Shown here piece by piece: positions 10,740 through 22,985 of a DNA stretch of 44,000 nucleotides; position 1 is the first letter of the stretch; the number at the start of each line of letters is the position of its first letter. The DNA is from Chiloscyllium plagiosum (Eukaryota): contig NW_025214455.1 in the NCBI RefSeq assembly GCF_004010195.1, positions 1 to 44,000 on the forward strand, given 5' to 3'. A model generated the notes under the pieces. That model was not told where the DNA came from, ran no database searches, and saw only the letters and a program-made list of their open reading frames with translations. Both the position numbers and the translations under genes were made by a program.

Positions 10740-12810
10740 GATAAAAGTGCCCCTACATGAAACTACATTTTCCAAATCTTCTCCACTCACTCATACTATC
10801 GATACCTGTTTGCAAAATTCCACAAGCTTATCACAATATGCTCCCCCACCTATTGTGTATCGCAGCATTTCACTCTGCCACTTCCTCCAAGTCATTTAGT
10901 CAGATAAAACATTAAATCCGATGACTGACTAGTCTGGATTTCACTAAATTCATCTTTCCAACTTGAAAACTGCTCATTAATCTTGATTCTGTGATTTCTG
11001 TTAAATAGTCAATGGACAGACAATGCTGCTTTATGACCCAACACCGAGAACTCCTTTATTGTGCAATGGACTTTTATATAGCCCCTTATTGAATGCTTGC
11101 TAAAATTCAAATGCACTTTACTGAGCATCGTCCTTCACCAAGTCTACAGGTCATGCTACCAAATAAATCTGTCAGATTGTCATCGTGTGTTTTTCCTTTC
11201 AAAAATGATGTTGACTCAGTTTGACTGTAATCATCTCTTCTAAACTTTCTGCTTTTCTTAATTTGCAATGGTGGTTCACATTTTCGAAATGACAACAAAG
11301 ACATTTGAGCAGATGGAAGCAATTTAACCCATCAAGTCAGCGACAAGTTTCAATGAAATCACGGCTGATTTGGTTAATCCTCAAATCCCCTTTCGGCTTC
11401 ATCTCTGTGTCCCTAGATTCCCGAAGTGACCAAATGCCTGTCTTTCTCAGCCTTGCATGTATGCAGCCTTGACAACCCTCTGTTGCAAACAACTTCACAG
11501 ATTTGCTACCCTCTGAAAGAGAAAATATCCTCCACACCTAAGTCTTACATAATTGGCCCCTTCCGCTGTGAGGAGGCCTTCTGGTGCCACATTATCCCAG
11601 GTGTATATCAGAGCAGAAAAAACCCTCAAGGTCGGTCTGCACTGTCCAGTGCCAGCCCTGAGTATTTGCATCATTGTCTTTTTTGACTTTTGAATGAACA
11701 AATAGACCTGAATTTTCTTCAAAAACGCTTCATTGGCTGTAATTTCGCTGGCCGTGTAGTGCGCTAGAAAGTCGAGTGCTTGATCACAAATATATCACTC
11801 TGAATATGTTATCTCTGTATCTCTTTCCACAAGTACCGCACGATCCGTCGGTTTTCTGCAGTGTTCTGTGAATTTACTGGACATGGTGCAAGGCAGAGGA
11901 GTGTTAAATAGTTTTTGGGAAAATATTATCAATTGGCAGGTGGAAAAAATGTTAATGAGGCAAATCATATAACCCAGTTTCCAACATTGTGAATCTTCAG
12001 AAACTCTGTGAGAAGTGAAAGCCAAGGAGAATGAAGAAGGGTGAACTGCCCGAATGAGCAGAGACAGTCAAGATCGCTACCCCTTCTTTAAGAGGACAGA
12101 CCATTAACTTTGATGTTCTCGGCACATGAACTGATCTGAGACATTGAAATAATTCTCGTTCCCCTACATGACAAATACAAACCTCATCGAGACTCCGGGA
12201 CAATGAAAAAAACTCGGGATCGCACAAGGGACTGGGAGGCTCGAAGGGAGATGGTCCCAGTTGGAGGAGAGATGGTGCTCAGTGACATGGGTGTGTCTGT
12301 CGTGGATGGGATAAGACTGTTCCCAGTCCACCATAATGAATGTTCCAGACTATATTTTGGAAAAATAACACTGATAAGAGGACACTTCTCGGTCTGGGAA
12401 GGACAGACTCAAGTCGGTCACAGCCTGCTTTAGATGTTCGGGCAAGGTTTTAGGTTGGAAGTTTCAGCGTATTAGACCGTTAAATGAAACGCTGGTGGTT
12501 CAAGATCTCCAAAGTCGACAGCGATCGTTGTTGTTAAAGCATCTGTTTTCTCTGCTGCAGTGTTTCTTGTTTCTAATGGGGGCAGGAAATTTCCGTGTGA
12601 AGAACCACAAAGAACTTTCTGCAATGGTTTAAAGGTTAATGTAATGAACTGTGGCCTCTGGGAATCTGAAACAAAATCAGAAACTGCTGACAAAACTATC
12701 TGGTTTGGCAGTACCTGTGGGAGATTATTGAGTTCTGATGAAGTAGTTAAATATTGTCCACGATTCTCTCTGCATGGATGCTGTCGGACCTGCTGAGTTT
12801 TGTCGTGGAA
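10740..12810. repeat. Segmental duplication copy 2 (blocks A2+B2 nearly adjacent)
   Basis: Matches 2490-3500 and then 5495-6375 in the same order and orientation, including the terminal palindromic Penelope-derived element (~12650-12810). Confidence 0.85.
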
Positions 12811-14523
12811 AAAGTATGGTGAATCACCAGGAGACGTAGAGAGTTCTTCATGAAGTCGGTCTGTTATTTGCAAACGTGATACCGAGACAGCAGATTCTCG
12901 AATGCTCTCGAACTTCATTGTCCATGGTTTTTTATAAATTTTTCCTTTGCTTTGTTTGCTTATCAGCATGTTTAAATATATTAATCAAAGCACCTCACAC
13001 TCGCTACACAATAAACCAGTGATGTTAGTTCCCATCATCTCTTTAATTGTTCATTCTACTTAACGTTATTCTCATATGACGGTTAGATATTTAATGTCAG
13101 CTTTCGCAACAATGGTCTTTCATTCCAGACCCGACTTCATATTTTCCCGATGTCATAATTAGTTATTTATTGTCAATAATCTCAATCAGGCTGACTCTAT
13201 TAACTATAAATTTGATACTTAATGTCATGTCCCAAATATTTATGTTCCCAATCGAGTCATAATGATACTTAACAGGAAGCCTAACTTTACTAACTGTAAT
13301 CTAATCTCACCATCGAGACCTTTCAGCGTTAACCTTTCTTTGCTAATTGGTGTGAGAGAATGCCACTATTTTTATCTCATCCTGCATTCTACAGATCCCT
13401 TGCAACAGATCGCCAGTGGGGTTCATGCTTTAAGCCTTCCCTTACTTTCATGATCTTTATTTTCCATAACACCATTTTGTCATTCTGACCAATGGCAGTC
13501 ATTCCTGGCACTGTATATACTGACGGTGAAGGGTCAGTGATCAGAGCGGACTGTTCCCGAATCTCCACCTCCCGCTCTGTTCGTAACCTCTCAGTCTCCT
13601 GGGAAATGCATTGTTCCCAATTTTGCCGGATTCCAGGCCTTTAACCTTGGCTGAGCAGACACTCGATTGTCTGAGGAATATCATTCCCAAACCTCTCATG
13701 TCCGAGGTAATACCAATTAATAACGATGTCTGTGCATCCTCCTCTAATCTGTGAAAATCATTGTTGCGGACTGTAACATTTATTGACCGAAATTGAGGAG
13801 GTTTTGAACCAGATCAAACTCCTATGAGTTAAGAAGATGGTCTAGATCCCTTTTTCTTTTCCCCTGATGGCAAATGTATGGCAATGCAATTCAATTGGTG
13901 AAACTTCCAGGCTTGAACCGAAACACAATTTACTTCGCAATATCGTTGTAACACAAACAAAAAACAAAGTGTGGACTAACCCAACTCTATTGGAAAATTG
14001 AACGAAATGAAACATCATTTAACTACGAAACAGTCAATGTTCGAATATAGTAACATTGCATAAACCATACAAAACTGGTCTTCCTGCTACCGGAATGATA
14101 TTGTGAAACTTGAATGGATGAGGAAAAGGTATAATGTGATGTTTGTAATTCTTAAGCGTCCAAATGGTTTTGAGGGGCGAATGTATTTTAACCTTGAAGA
14201 AATTAATGCATTTAAACCTCCTTCCTGTCCACGACAGAAGCTGTTGGATTTGTTCCGAATTTCCAGCTGCTTCTGTAATTATTTAAGGTTTCTGACGATA
14301 GCAATCTCTCACTTTTCGAACAAAACAAAACGAACCTTATGTTGCGAACAATATTCAAATAAGCAATGGACAGCAGAGAGGAAAGCTTTCGAGCAACGCT
14401 GCCCGGATTGTCTCGGCAATTAACAGGAACCATCGCCATGAAAACCCGAAAGCAACCTGAGAAATCCATTTCGCCACAGAATGCAACGTTGGTGCTCAAG
14501 ACTTTTCCTTACAAAACCACAGG

Positions 14524-14527
14524 AAAA
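14524..14527 (-). terminator. Pol III T4 terminator for tRNA-Gly
   Basis: TTTT on the minus strand 10 nt downstream of the tRNA 3' end. Confidence 0.55.
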
Positions 14528-14537
14528 GCCACGACAC

Positions 14538-14609
14538 TGCGATGGCCGGGAATCGAACCCAGATCAACTGCTTGGAAAGCAGCTATGCTAGCCACTACAC
14601 CACCACCGC
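14538..14609 (-). tRNA. tRNA-Gly-TCC: tRNA-Gly(TCC), near-intact, possibly functional
   Basis: 72 nt: GCGGTGGTGGTGTAGTGGCTAGCATAGCTGCTTTCCAAGCAGTTGATCTGGGTTCGATTCCCGGCCATCGCA. Acceptor GCGGTGG/CCATCGC, anticodon arm GCTGC-TT-TCC-AA-GCAGT, intact B-box GGTTCGATTCC. Confidence 0.9.
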
Positions 14610-14924
14610 GCTGGCAGCTGAACGGTCCCTTGGTCCCAAACACAGGGATCTGGGTAATTGGAGAGGTTTCAAGAGGGAGTGCAGACTGGTGTGTGAATGA
14701 TGGACCGAAAGCCTGATCTCAGTGCTGTAAAGGCTCTACAGTAACATGATTCCCTACGTCCAGCACTGAACACAGTTTGCATTTTGTTTTAATCCGTCCT
14801 GTTATTGACATTATTCTGAGTGAAATGTATAGAGAGAGGTTGTTTGCGCATTCACACAGATCTGTGTTGTGATGGGTCAGGAGCAACATACAGAATAACA
14901 ACTGGCAGAGGGATAACTGAATTC

Positions 14925-15275
14925 CCCCTCCGAATCTGCCGAGGACATGCAGGACCTGGACATTCTCTATCACTACTCAGTCACCACCCGACGCCTGGTG
15001 GAAGAACGACTGATCTTCCTCTTCAGGAACCTCCAACCCCAGGGCATCAATGTGGCCTTTACCATTTGCCTGATTTCCTCCTCTGACCACCTTATCCGAG
15101 TTCCATCCTGCCAACTCAGCACCATCCTCATGGCCTGTCCTACCTGCCAATCTTCCTTCCCACCTATCCGCTCCACCGTCCTCTCCGACCAATCACCTTT
15201 ACCCCCACCTCCATCCATCAATTGCGCTCTCCGCTCCCTTCTCCGCAGCTCCACTCCCTCCCATTTATCTGACCA
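14925..15275 (+). mobile_element. Penelope-like element 3' fragment
   Basis: Translation TTRRLVEERLIFLFRNLQPQGINVAF resembles the C-terminus of Penelope GIY-YIG ORFs. A pyrimidine-rich 3' region follows. Confidence 0.75.
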
Positions 15276-16319
15276 GGATGTCGCATGACTGAATTCCTGC
15301 CCCTTACAGATCGAATTGGGTCTCGTGTTTTCATCATGAATTTCATTATGTTTAATATATTTTATTTTAAAAATCATCACAATATATTGATGCCCTCATG
15401 AGCATGTAATGCATTTGGACAGAACAATGCCTCCTTTCTCTGTGAACAAATAGAATTAAAGGAGTCGGAGAATGTTTCCTCTCACGGAAACAGGAATAGG
15501 GAGTTGTAATTCTCTCTGAAATAAACACAGGCCATTCAGAGGAATCTGATAAGGTCATGCAACATCTGCCGAGAGAAGGGAAAGGTTAGCTCATGTGTTA
15601 TGAGAGAAGGGGAATTCAGCAGAGCGGTAGGAAGTTAGAAAAGTAATAATTACTGAACAATTGGAAGGGGGATAACTCTGAAGAAAGAATGAGAGGTCTA
15701 TACAGCCTGTTTAACATGTCCAGTCTGTTCTAGTGGTCAATCCAATCAAAGCTAGACTTAGATTTCATATCCAGTTTCCTGTCCAATCCACATATCCCGT
15801 GACTCCCTGAGAAACCAGCAATCTGTGTCTTCCAATCTGAAATGCACTCAGTGAGGGTGCATCAGCAATCGTCAGGGACAGAGAATATTAAAGACTCAGA
15901 GGCCTTAGAGTTACTGGCTCTCTCCCCATCTCATTCCCAAATAACCTGCCCTTACCCTGAGGGTGTGTCAAAAATAATTAAAAGATCTGGAAATGGTGTA
16001 AGTTTAACACTGACTTCTGTTCACAGATTCTGTCAGGCCTGCTGAGCTTTTCAGCAACTCCTGAGACTGTGTTATCGTGTTTCAGATACCCAGACCCACA
16101 GGATCAATTTCTCACCATCTACCCTCAAAAGACTGTTCAGAATTTGATGCATTCAAATGAAATGGTATTTCAATTTTCTCGAATATGGACACAATTTATT
16201 CAAAAGCTCAGCATTGGAGCACGTGGGTTCCATACAGTGACAATTTTGTGGTTCATTAATGTGTTTGGCTCATTGCCGCTGGGTTACCACGTATTACTCA
16301 GATATAATTGTTCTGGCGA

Positions 16320-16700
16320 AGTTGACGATGAGTTCGCGTCTTGAAATGCTGCCATTCATTTTATCCAGATAAGCATATAATGATGTAAGGGAGGGAGTTC
16401 CAGAATTTCCAAACAATGGCGCTTGTGGAACTGAGACGTTTTTCCGAGCCAGGGTGGCGAGTGGCTTGATGTGGAATTGTCAACTGGTGTCCCGTGTATC
16501 TGCTGTGCTCAATATTCCACGCGATAATGCTGTGGTTCTGGAAGCTGCTCTGTGAGGAACTTTGGCGAATTTCTACAGTGCATCTTGTCAGTGGTATATT
16601 CCACTGCTACTGAGTGTGGGTGGTGGAGACAGAGAATGTTTGTGACTGTGATGCTGAGCAAGCTGCACTGCAAGTTAATTCAACCTAATTATGGAGAACA
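16320..16700 (-). mobile_element. Old LINE 3'-end fragment
   Basis: Collinear with 36690-37260 (CAGTGCATCTT...GGTGG...GAATG). Confidence 0.55.
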
Positions 16701-16979
16701 TAACGACTTGCCTTCGTCATCAATCCATTTCACAGCTGGATATCCAGTGATGACACAGATGTGGTGTACAAGTCTGTTAGTTGCTCAAATGACCATGATC
16801 TTTTAACTAGATTGACATTTTCACGGGTATTATGCTCAGAGACCTCACGCGACTGTTCCACTTTCTCATCAATATTTCCTTCTGTAAAATCTGGGAACGA
16901 GCTGATGGGACACAGATTGTGCTACAGATGGTTATACACAGCGCAGTGTCATTTACTGCACACTGAATCTGTTTGGCTT

Positions 16980-17465
16980 TATGCATGTGTTTCTCTGAAT
17001 GTGTGTGTGCATTATCGTGTGTTCCTGTCTTTGTGATTCTCTGTGTGTATCTACCCATCTATCTCTGCCTGACTATCTGTGCTTATGTGAGTGTGTTTGT
17101 GTCTCATTGTGTGTATTAGTGTGTGTCTCCATGTTTATGTATCTCTGGGTCTGTACCTCTGTGCAACGATCTCTCTGTTATTTTCGGGATTGTAACAATT
17201 CAAATGTGTTTTAAACCCCAATATATCTGTACCTCTGATTATTCCTCTTGGGCGTGAAGTGATACATTGCTTTTTGAACGTGTGTGTGTGTGTGTGTGTA
17301 TGTATGTGTATGTGTATGTGTTTGTGTGTGTGTGTGTGTGTTTCTGTGTGTGTGATTTGTGCCTGTCTGTGTGTGTGTGTGACAGACGGAAATACGTACA
17401 GAGACTCAGACACAATCACATATACAGAGAGATGTGCAAAGACACATACAGACAGAAGCACACCT
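16980..17465. repeat. Compound (GT)n / (CA)n-like microsatellite
   Basis: Long degenerate TGTG tracts (purest at 17280-17380), then a switch to CACA/CAGA tracts at ~17400. Confidence 0.9.
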
Positions 17466-17999
17466 GATAGTGACCCAATAATTGATGTGTGATTGGAGAT
17501 GAACGGAGTTATACACAGGTGTAGCCTTTGTTTGTGACAAGGAGCTCATTGATAATTGACCACTAGTTCACCACTGAGAAAGGCTTTCTGCTAACAGCAA
17601 CGATGTGATTGGTTCTCAGGCAACTAAACAGCTTGGGACTCTGAACAACATACAGGGAAGTCTTCACCTGCTCAGGAGCTTTCCCTGTTCGCGGCAGTGA
17701 TAGGTGCTTTAATCCTGAAGAAACCTGGTTTATTTTTGTTTCAGCTGTTCCTAAAGGCTCTGCCTTTTAATGAGTGTGTTAGAGACTGTTTGTAAGTATT
17801 AACGAGTCCTTCGACATGTTGTAAATCAATGACAGCCTCCAAGATGCACTGTATATATTTATCAAGGCTCTAAACAAAGTACATTCCAAAGACATGACAA
17901 CGAAGAAATGGAAGGGCAGGGGAAGCAGATGAATGGGAGGGTTATGACTTGGAGCCAGTAATCAAACCTGGTTAAATGAAGAGTAGATTACTTTAATTT

Positions 18000-19110
18000 A
18001 CAACGTCAGGAAGTATGGGATACAGTGAGATTTGGCGATCTGGATACAGAATTGGCTGACTGACAGAAGGCAGAGAGTGGTTGTAGATGGAAAATATTCT
18101 GCCTGGAGGACAGTGTATATTGGGGTCCCGCGGGGATCTGTTCTTGGGCCTCTGCTCTTTGTAGTTCTTATAAATGACTTGGATGAGGAGGTTGAAGAGT
18201 GGGTTAGTAAGTTTGCAGATGGCACTATGGTTGCAGGTATCGTCGACAGTATAGACGGCTACTGCAGGTTGCAGCGACACATAGATAGGATGCAGATCTG
18301 GGCTGAGAAATGGCAGATGGATTTCAACCTGGATAAAAGCGAAGTAATGCATTTTGGAAGGTGGAACACGAATGCTGAATATAAGATTAAAGACAGGATC
18401 CTTGGCAGTGTGGATGAGCAGAGGGATCTGGTTATGCAAGTACATAGATCTCTCAAAGTTGCCACCCAGGTGGATAGGGTTATTAAGAAAGCATATGGAG
18501 TTTTGGCTTTCTTTAAGGGGGATTGAGTTTAAGAGCTGCGAGGTTTTGCTGCAGCTCTACAAGTCCCTGGTGAATCCACTCTTTGAATATTGTGTCCAGT
18601 TCTGGTCTCCCTACTATAGGAAAATGCAGAGGCTTCGGAGAAAGCGCGAAGAAGGTTTATCAGGATGCTGCCTGGACTGGAGGGCTTGCCTTATGAAGAA
18701 AGTTTGAGCAAGCTCGGACTTTTCTCTCTGGAGTGAAGGACGAAGAGAGGAGACCTGATCGAGGTATAGAAAATAATGTGTGGAATATATACAATCAAAA
18801 TGAAGAGACTTCCCCCGGGCAGGATGAATGGTATGAGAAGTCATAGTTTGAAAATATTAGGAGGAAGGTATAATGGAGATGTCAGAGGTAGGTTCGTTAC
18901 GCAGAGAGTTGTGAATGCATGGAATCGGTTGCCAGCTGTGGTCATGGAAGCAGAGTCATTGGGGACATTGGTGCGACTCCTGGACATGCACATGGATAGC
19001 AGTGAGTTGAGGGGTGCGTAGGTAAAGTTACTATATTTGACATTAGGATTACATATCGTGGGCCAAAGGGCCTGTTCTGTGCTGTACTTTTCTATGTTCT
19101 ATATTCTATG
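18000..19110 (+). mobile_element. CR1 LINE, 5'-truncated (RT domain to 3' tail)
   Basis: ORF 18032-18526 contains WIQNWLTDRRQRVVV...GVPRGSVLGPLLF...SKFADGT (FADD-like). Frameshifts follow. Tail TTCTATGTTCTATATTCTATG. Confidence 0.95.
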
Positions 19111-19579
19111 AGTGCATACACTGGGTATATCTAAATGTAAGGTGTCAACCTGGTGAAGCTACGACATAGAAATAGTTGCGTGCCAGAAACCATAAGAAGC
19201 AACGGATAGACAAGGCTAATTGACTTCAGCACTCACGGATCAGACAGAAACTCTGCAGTCCTCCCACTCCCATCACAAATGATGCGGGACAATATAATAA
19301 ATCATATCTTTCACATGAACGTCAAGGCTGACGGAGACTAAATAGATCCTTTCGAAATTATGACAGGCATCGAAGTAATGAATAATGGAAGTCTTTTACA
19401 CAGACCACAGGAGACATAGGTTTAAAGTGTTATCGAGCAGACCAGACACAGACGTATGGTATGCAGATTGATTTTGCTTGTTTTGTGATAGTCATACATT
19501 CTGAGAAACAGTGAAGAATATTGTGCTGCATTCTTTTCAGTACAAATCATACCTTACATTAGGACATCAGTTTAATATA

Positions 19580-20226
19580 GTTTCACTGCTTTTGAACAGG
19601 TGCAGAAAAGGATCAACTCTATATTTGACAGGTCCATTCATAAGTTTGATAACAGCACGGAAGAAATTGTTCCTGAATCCATTGGTGCGTATTTTCAAAC
19701 ATTTGCATCTTCTGTCCGATGGAAAAGGTTGGGAAAGAGCATTGTGGTGGTGGGAAGGGCCTTTGATTGTGTTAGCTGTATTCCTGAAGCAGTGGGAATT
19801 CAAGACCGAGTCAATGGAAGGAAATGTGATTTGCGGGATGGATTGGGTTAGATACACGCATCTCTGCAATTTCTTACAGTACAGCCAGAGCAGTTACCAT
19901 ACGAAGCGTCTGGATAGAATGTTTTCTGCAGTGCAATGTTAAAATTGGTCAGAGTCATTGCCAAAATGCTAGATTTTCTTCCCCATCTGAGGAGGTAGAT
20001 GCATTGATGTGCTTTCTTGGCTGTAGGGTTGACATGGATAGACTGATTTTTTGTAATATTTATTACTCGAAACTTGCAGCTGTCCATCACCTCCAACTCA
20101 GCACCAAAGACAGAGACCAATGTGTGTCCTTCAGTCCAATTCCTGAAGTCAATGGCCAGATCCCTTGTTTTGCTGACATTGAGGGAAAAATTGTCTTTAC
20201 ACCATGTCACGAAGCTCCATTTCCTG
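19580..20226 (-). mobile_element. Rex1/Babar-like LINE, 3' part
   Basis: WCKDNFSLNVSKTRDLAIDFR, KKAHQCIYLLR and PSDRRCKCLKIRTNGFRNNFF...IKLMN match Rex1/Babar C-terminal motifs. Confidence 0.8.
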
Positions 20227-21200
20227 TAGGAGAAAGTGAGGACTGGAGATGCTGGAGATCAGAGCTGAAAAATGTGTTGCTGGAAAAGCGCAGCAGGTCA
20301 GGCAGCATCCAAGGAGCAGGATAATCGACGTTTCGGGCATAAGCCCTTCTTCATGAATGAGGANNNNNNNNNNNNNNNNNNNNNNNNNNNNNNNNNNNNN
20401 NNNNNNNNNNNNNNNNNNNNNNNNNNNNNNNNNNNNNNNNNNNNNNNNNNNNNNNNNNNNNNNNNNNNNNNNNNNNNNNNNNNNNNNNNNNNNNNNNNNN
20501 NNNNNNNNNNNNNNNNNNNNNNNNNNNNNNNNNNNNNNNNNNNNNNNNNNNNNNNNNNNNNNNNNNNNNNNNNNNNNNNNNNNNNNNNNNNNNNNNNNNN
20601 NNNNNNNNNNNNNNNNNNNNNNNNNNNNNNNNNNNNNNNNNNNNNNNNNNNNNNNNNNNNNNNNNNNNNNNNNNNNNNNNNNNNNNNNNNNNNNNNNNNN
20701 NNNNNNNNNNNNNNNNNNNNNNNNNNNNNNNNNNNNNNNNNNNNNNNNNNNNNNNNNNNNNNNNNNNNNNNNNNNNNNNNNNNNNNNNNNNNNNNNNNNN
20801 NNNNNNNNNNNNNNNNNNNNNNNNNNNNNNNNNNNNNNNNNNNNNNNNNNNNNNNNNNNNNNNNNNNNNNNNNNNNNNNNNNNNNNNNNNNNNNNNNNNN
20901 NNNNNNNNNNNNNNNNNNNNNNNNNNNNNNNNNNNNNNNNNNNNNNNNNNNNNNNNNNNNNNNNNNNNNAATTGGAGGGGCGGGGTTCAAGGGCGGAGGA
21001 GCGGGAAGTGGAGGAGATGCGGTGGAGAGCATCGTCAACCACGTCTGAGGGGAAATTGCGGTCTTTGAAGAAGGAGGCCATCTGGGTTGTTCGGTATTGG
21101 AATTGGTCCTCCTGGAGCAGATGCGGTGGAAGTGAAGGAATTGAGAATATGGGATGGCGTTTTTACAGGGGGCATGGTGGGAGGAGGTGTAATCTAGGTC
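20227..21200 (-). mobile_element. Penelope-like element inserted into the Rex1/Babar LINE (spans gap)
   Basis: MASFFKDRNFPSDVVDDALHRISSTSRSSALEP is typical of shark Penelope ORFs. The terminal repeat reads GAGCTGAAAAATGTGTTGCTGGAAAAGCGCAGCAGGTCAGGCAGCATCC on +. Confidence 0.85.
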
Positions 21201-21680
21201 GGTTTTGAGACCTACCCACTATCGTGGTGTCATTAGTAAATCTGTAAATGGAGTTAGAGCTGAATTTGGCGTTACAGTCACGATAGGGTAAAAATATTGA
21301 AGGGGGCTGAGTACACAGCCTTGAAGGGCAGCAGTATTGCGTACTTTGAAGAGGAGGAGTTTCCAACTCTCCTCATTCATTGTGATCTGCAGATCAGAAA
21401 GTTAAAGATCCAGTTCTCGATGTGAGTAAAGTCCTAGGACTCAGAAATGTCGATGAGTCTTGTTGGCATTAGGGTCTTCAAGGCAGAGCTGAAGCCAATA
21501 TACAGAAGTCTGATGTAGGTGTCCATGTTATCCAGATGTTCCAGAGATGAGTGAAGTGCCAGAGAGATGGGGTCTGCATGGATCAATTACGATCGTGGCG
21601 AATTATCGAGGACCTGAGCAATCTAGGAGTTAATGTTTGCCATTCCTAACCTCTTAACGCACTTCATAGATGAGATCGGC
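21201..21680 (-). mobile_element. Rex1/Babar-like LINE, RT part
   Basis: CNAKFSSNSIYRFTNDTTIVGR is a degenerate KFADDTTIVG RT motif. It continues the element at 19580-20226. Confidence 0.75.
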
Positions 21681-22379
21681 CATGATTGTATTAAAAATCG
21701 TAGCAGGTTCGAGGAGCCGAATTCCAGACTCATGCTCCTATTTCTTGTGTTCATTTGTTCTTTATAGCTCAGAGGGAAACATATTAACGAATGGTCCTGG
21801 CAGACAATGAAGATCCACATACACAAATCCCATTTCTCGGCTATAAGTCCATCGTCCTGAAGGTTTCAGCAATGCATGGGACTATTGAAATACCACACAG
21901 GTAATATGAATGCTTATGATTCAAACATTCATGCTAGTTCTGAGAGTGTGTGAGACTTTACGTTCTTCTGGGTGTACGGTAGCCGACTATAAAATGAACC
22001 TCAGCAGGAACTGCAAAGAGGAGAGTATCAGAGTAAGGAGCATGAGCAGTCCAAGAGCTGAAAATGTTGTTAGGAAGAGGGCCACCTGCACAACAACTAA
22101 CCAAGACAGGGGAGGGGGTCCTGGGAGTGAGGGTGTCGATGCAATATTACCAGAAGTGTTAACGTGAGTTGATCAATCAATGAATTAATTAAAATTTGAT
22201 GAAGAAATGTATCTGACTCTTTCTGTCACTGTCTGTCCCTCTTTTGTTTCAAGTGATAAAATACCGCCCTCTGCTGGCTTCGCAGTGTCACTGTACAAGC
22301 AGCAGATATTTTTTCTCTGGGACACTTTGCTCCTGTCCCTGTACATTCTATTATTTCTGACAGTCTCACAATGCCCTAA

Positions 22380-22510
22380 ATGACGCAAAGGCGCAAGCGG
22401 CTGCGCAGTGACGTCACAAAAAGAATGGCCACAACCAGCAGGGAAAGTCTGACACCGAGGAATCGAGAGGAGGCAACAGGTGACTCGTGCCAGGGCCGTG
22501 AGGTGAGGGA
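22380..22510 (+). promoter_or_regulatory. Pol II promoter-like patch with candidate first-exon donor
   Basis: Local CpG enrichment, TGACGCAA (22381), GCGCA motifs, palindromic GTGACGTCAC containing a CRE at 22409-22416, YY1-like AAGAATGGCC, and AG|GTGAG at 22503. Confidence 0.45.
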
Positions 22511-22844
22511 GAGCGATCCCCTCTGGCCGCCACGAGAGGAACCAGCAACCACTTTCTGAATGAAAGCAACTATATATTTATGGAGAACTAGGTCATTTAT
22601 TCACATTTCATCATTCCGTAACGAGGCAGCACCCACCCCCTGAAATACTTCAAAACTATAGTACAGGAAATGTATAAATGTCAGGAACCACAGAACGATG
22701 AAAAGGTTTAACATTGTTGTTTGGACAGAATTTCAGCAGTGGTCCTGTTTTCTGCCTCCCTCCATTTTCAAATCGAAAAGTTACTGTTGCTTCCGAGTTT
22801 AAATGAACCTTCTCTGAATTTAATTAATGGAGAAAACAAAAGAA

Positions 22845-22985
22845 GTGGTGAGCAATAGTGATAAGGGGAGTGCATTGTTCGGACATCAGGCAGATGTTTG
22901 TGACAGTGCAGATGCGACACCAGCTGCCTCCCTGAGTCTGGGATGTCACTGAGTGGCTGAAAGACACTCTGAAAAGGATACTAGC
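22845..22985 (+). mobile_element. Ancient CR1 ORF1 esterase fragment
   Basis: GCAATAGTGATAAGG...ATTGTTCGG...TGCCTCCCTG...GATGTCACTGAG parallels AIVIGDSIVR...CLPGA..DV (compare the copy at 43566-43976). Confidence 0.5.

Noticed and set aside
17135..17492. Cys/Val- and His/Thr-rich ORFs
   Set aside because: These are translations of a (GT)n microsatellite.
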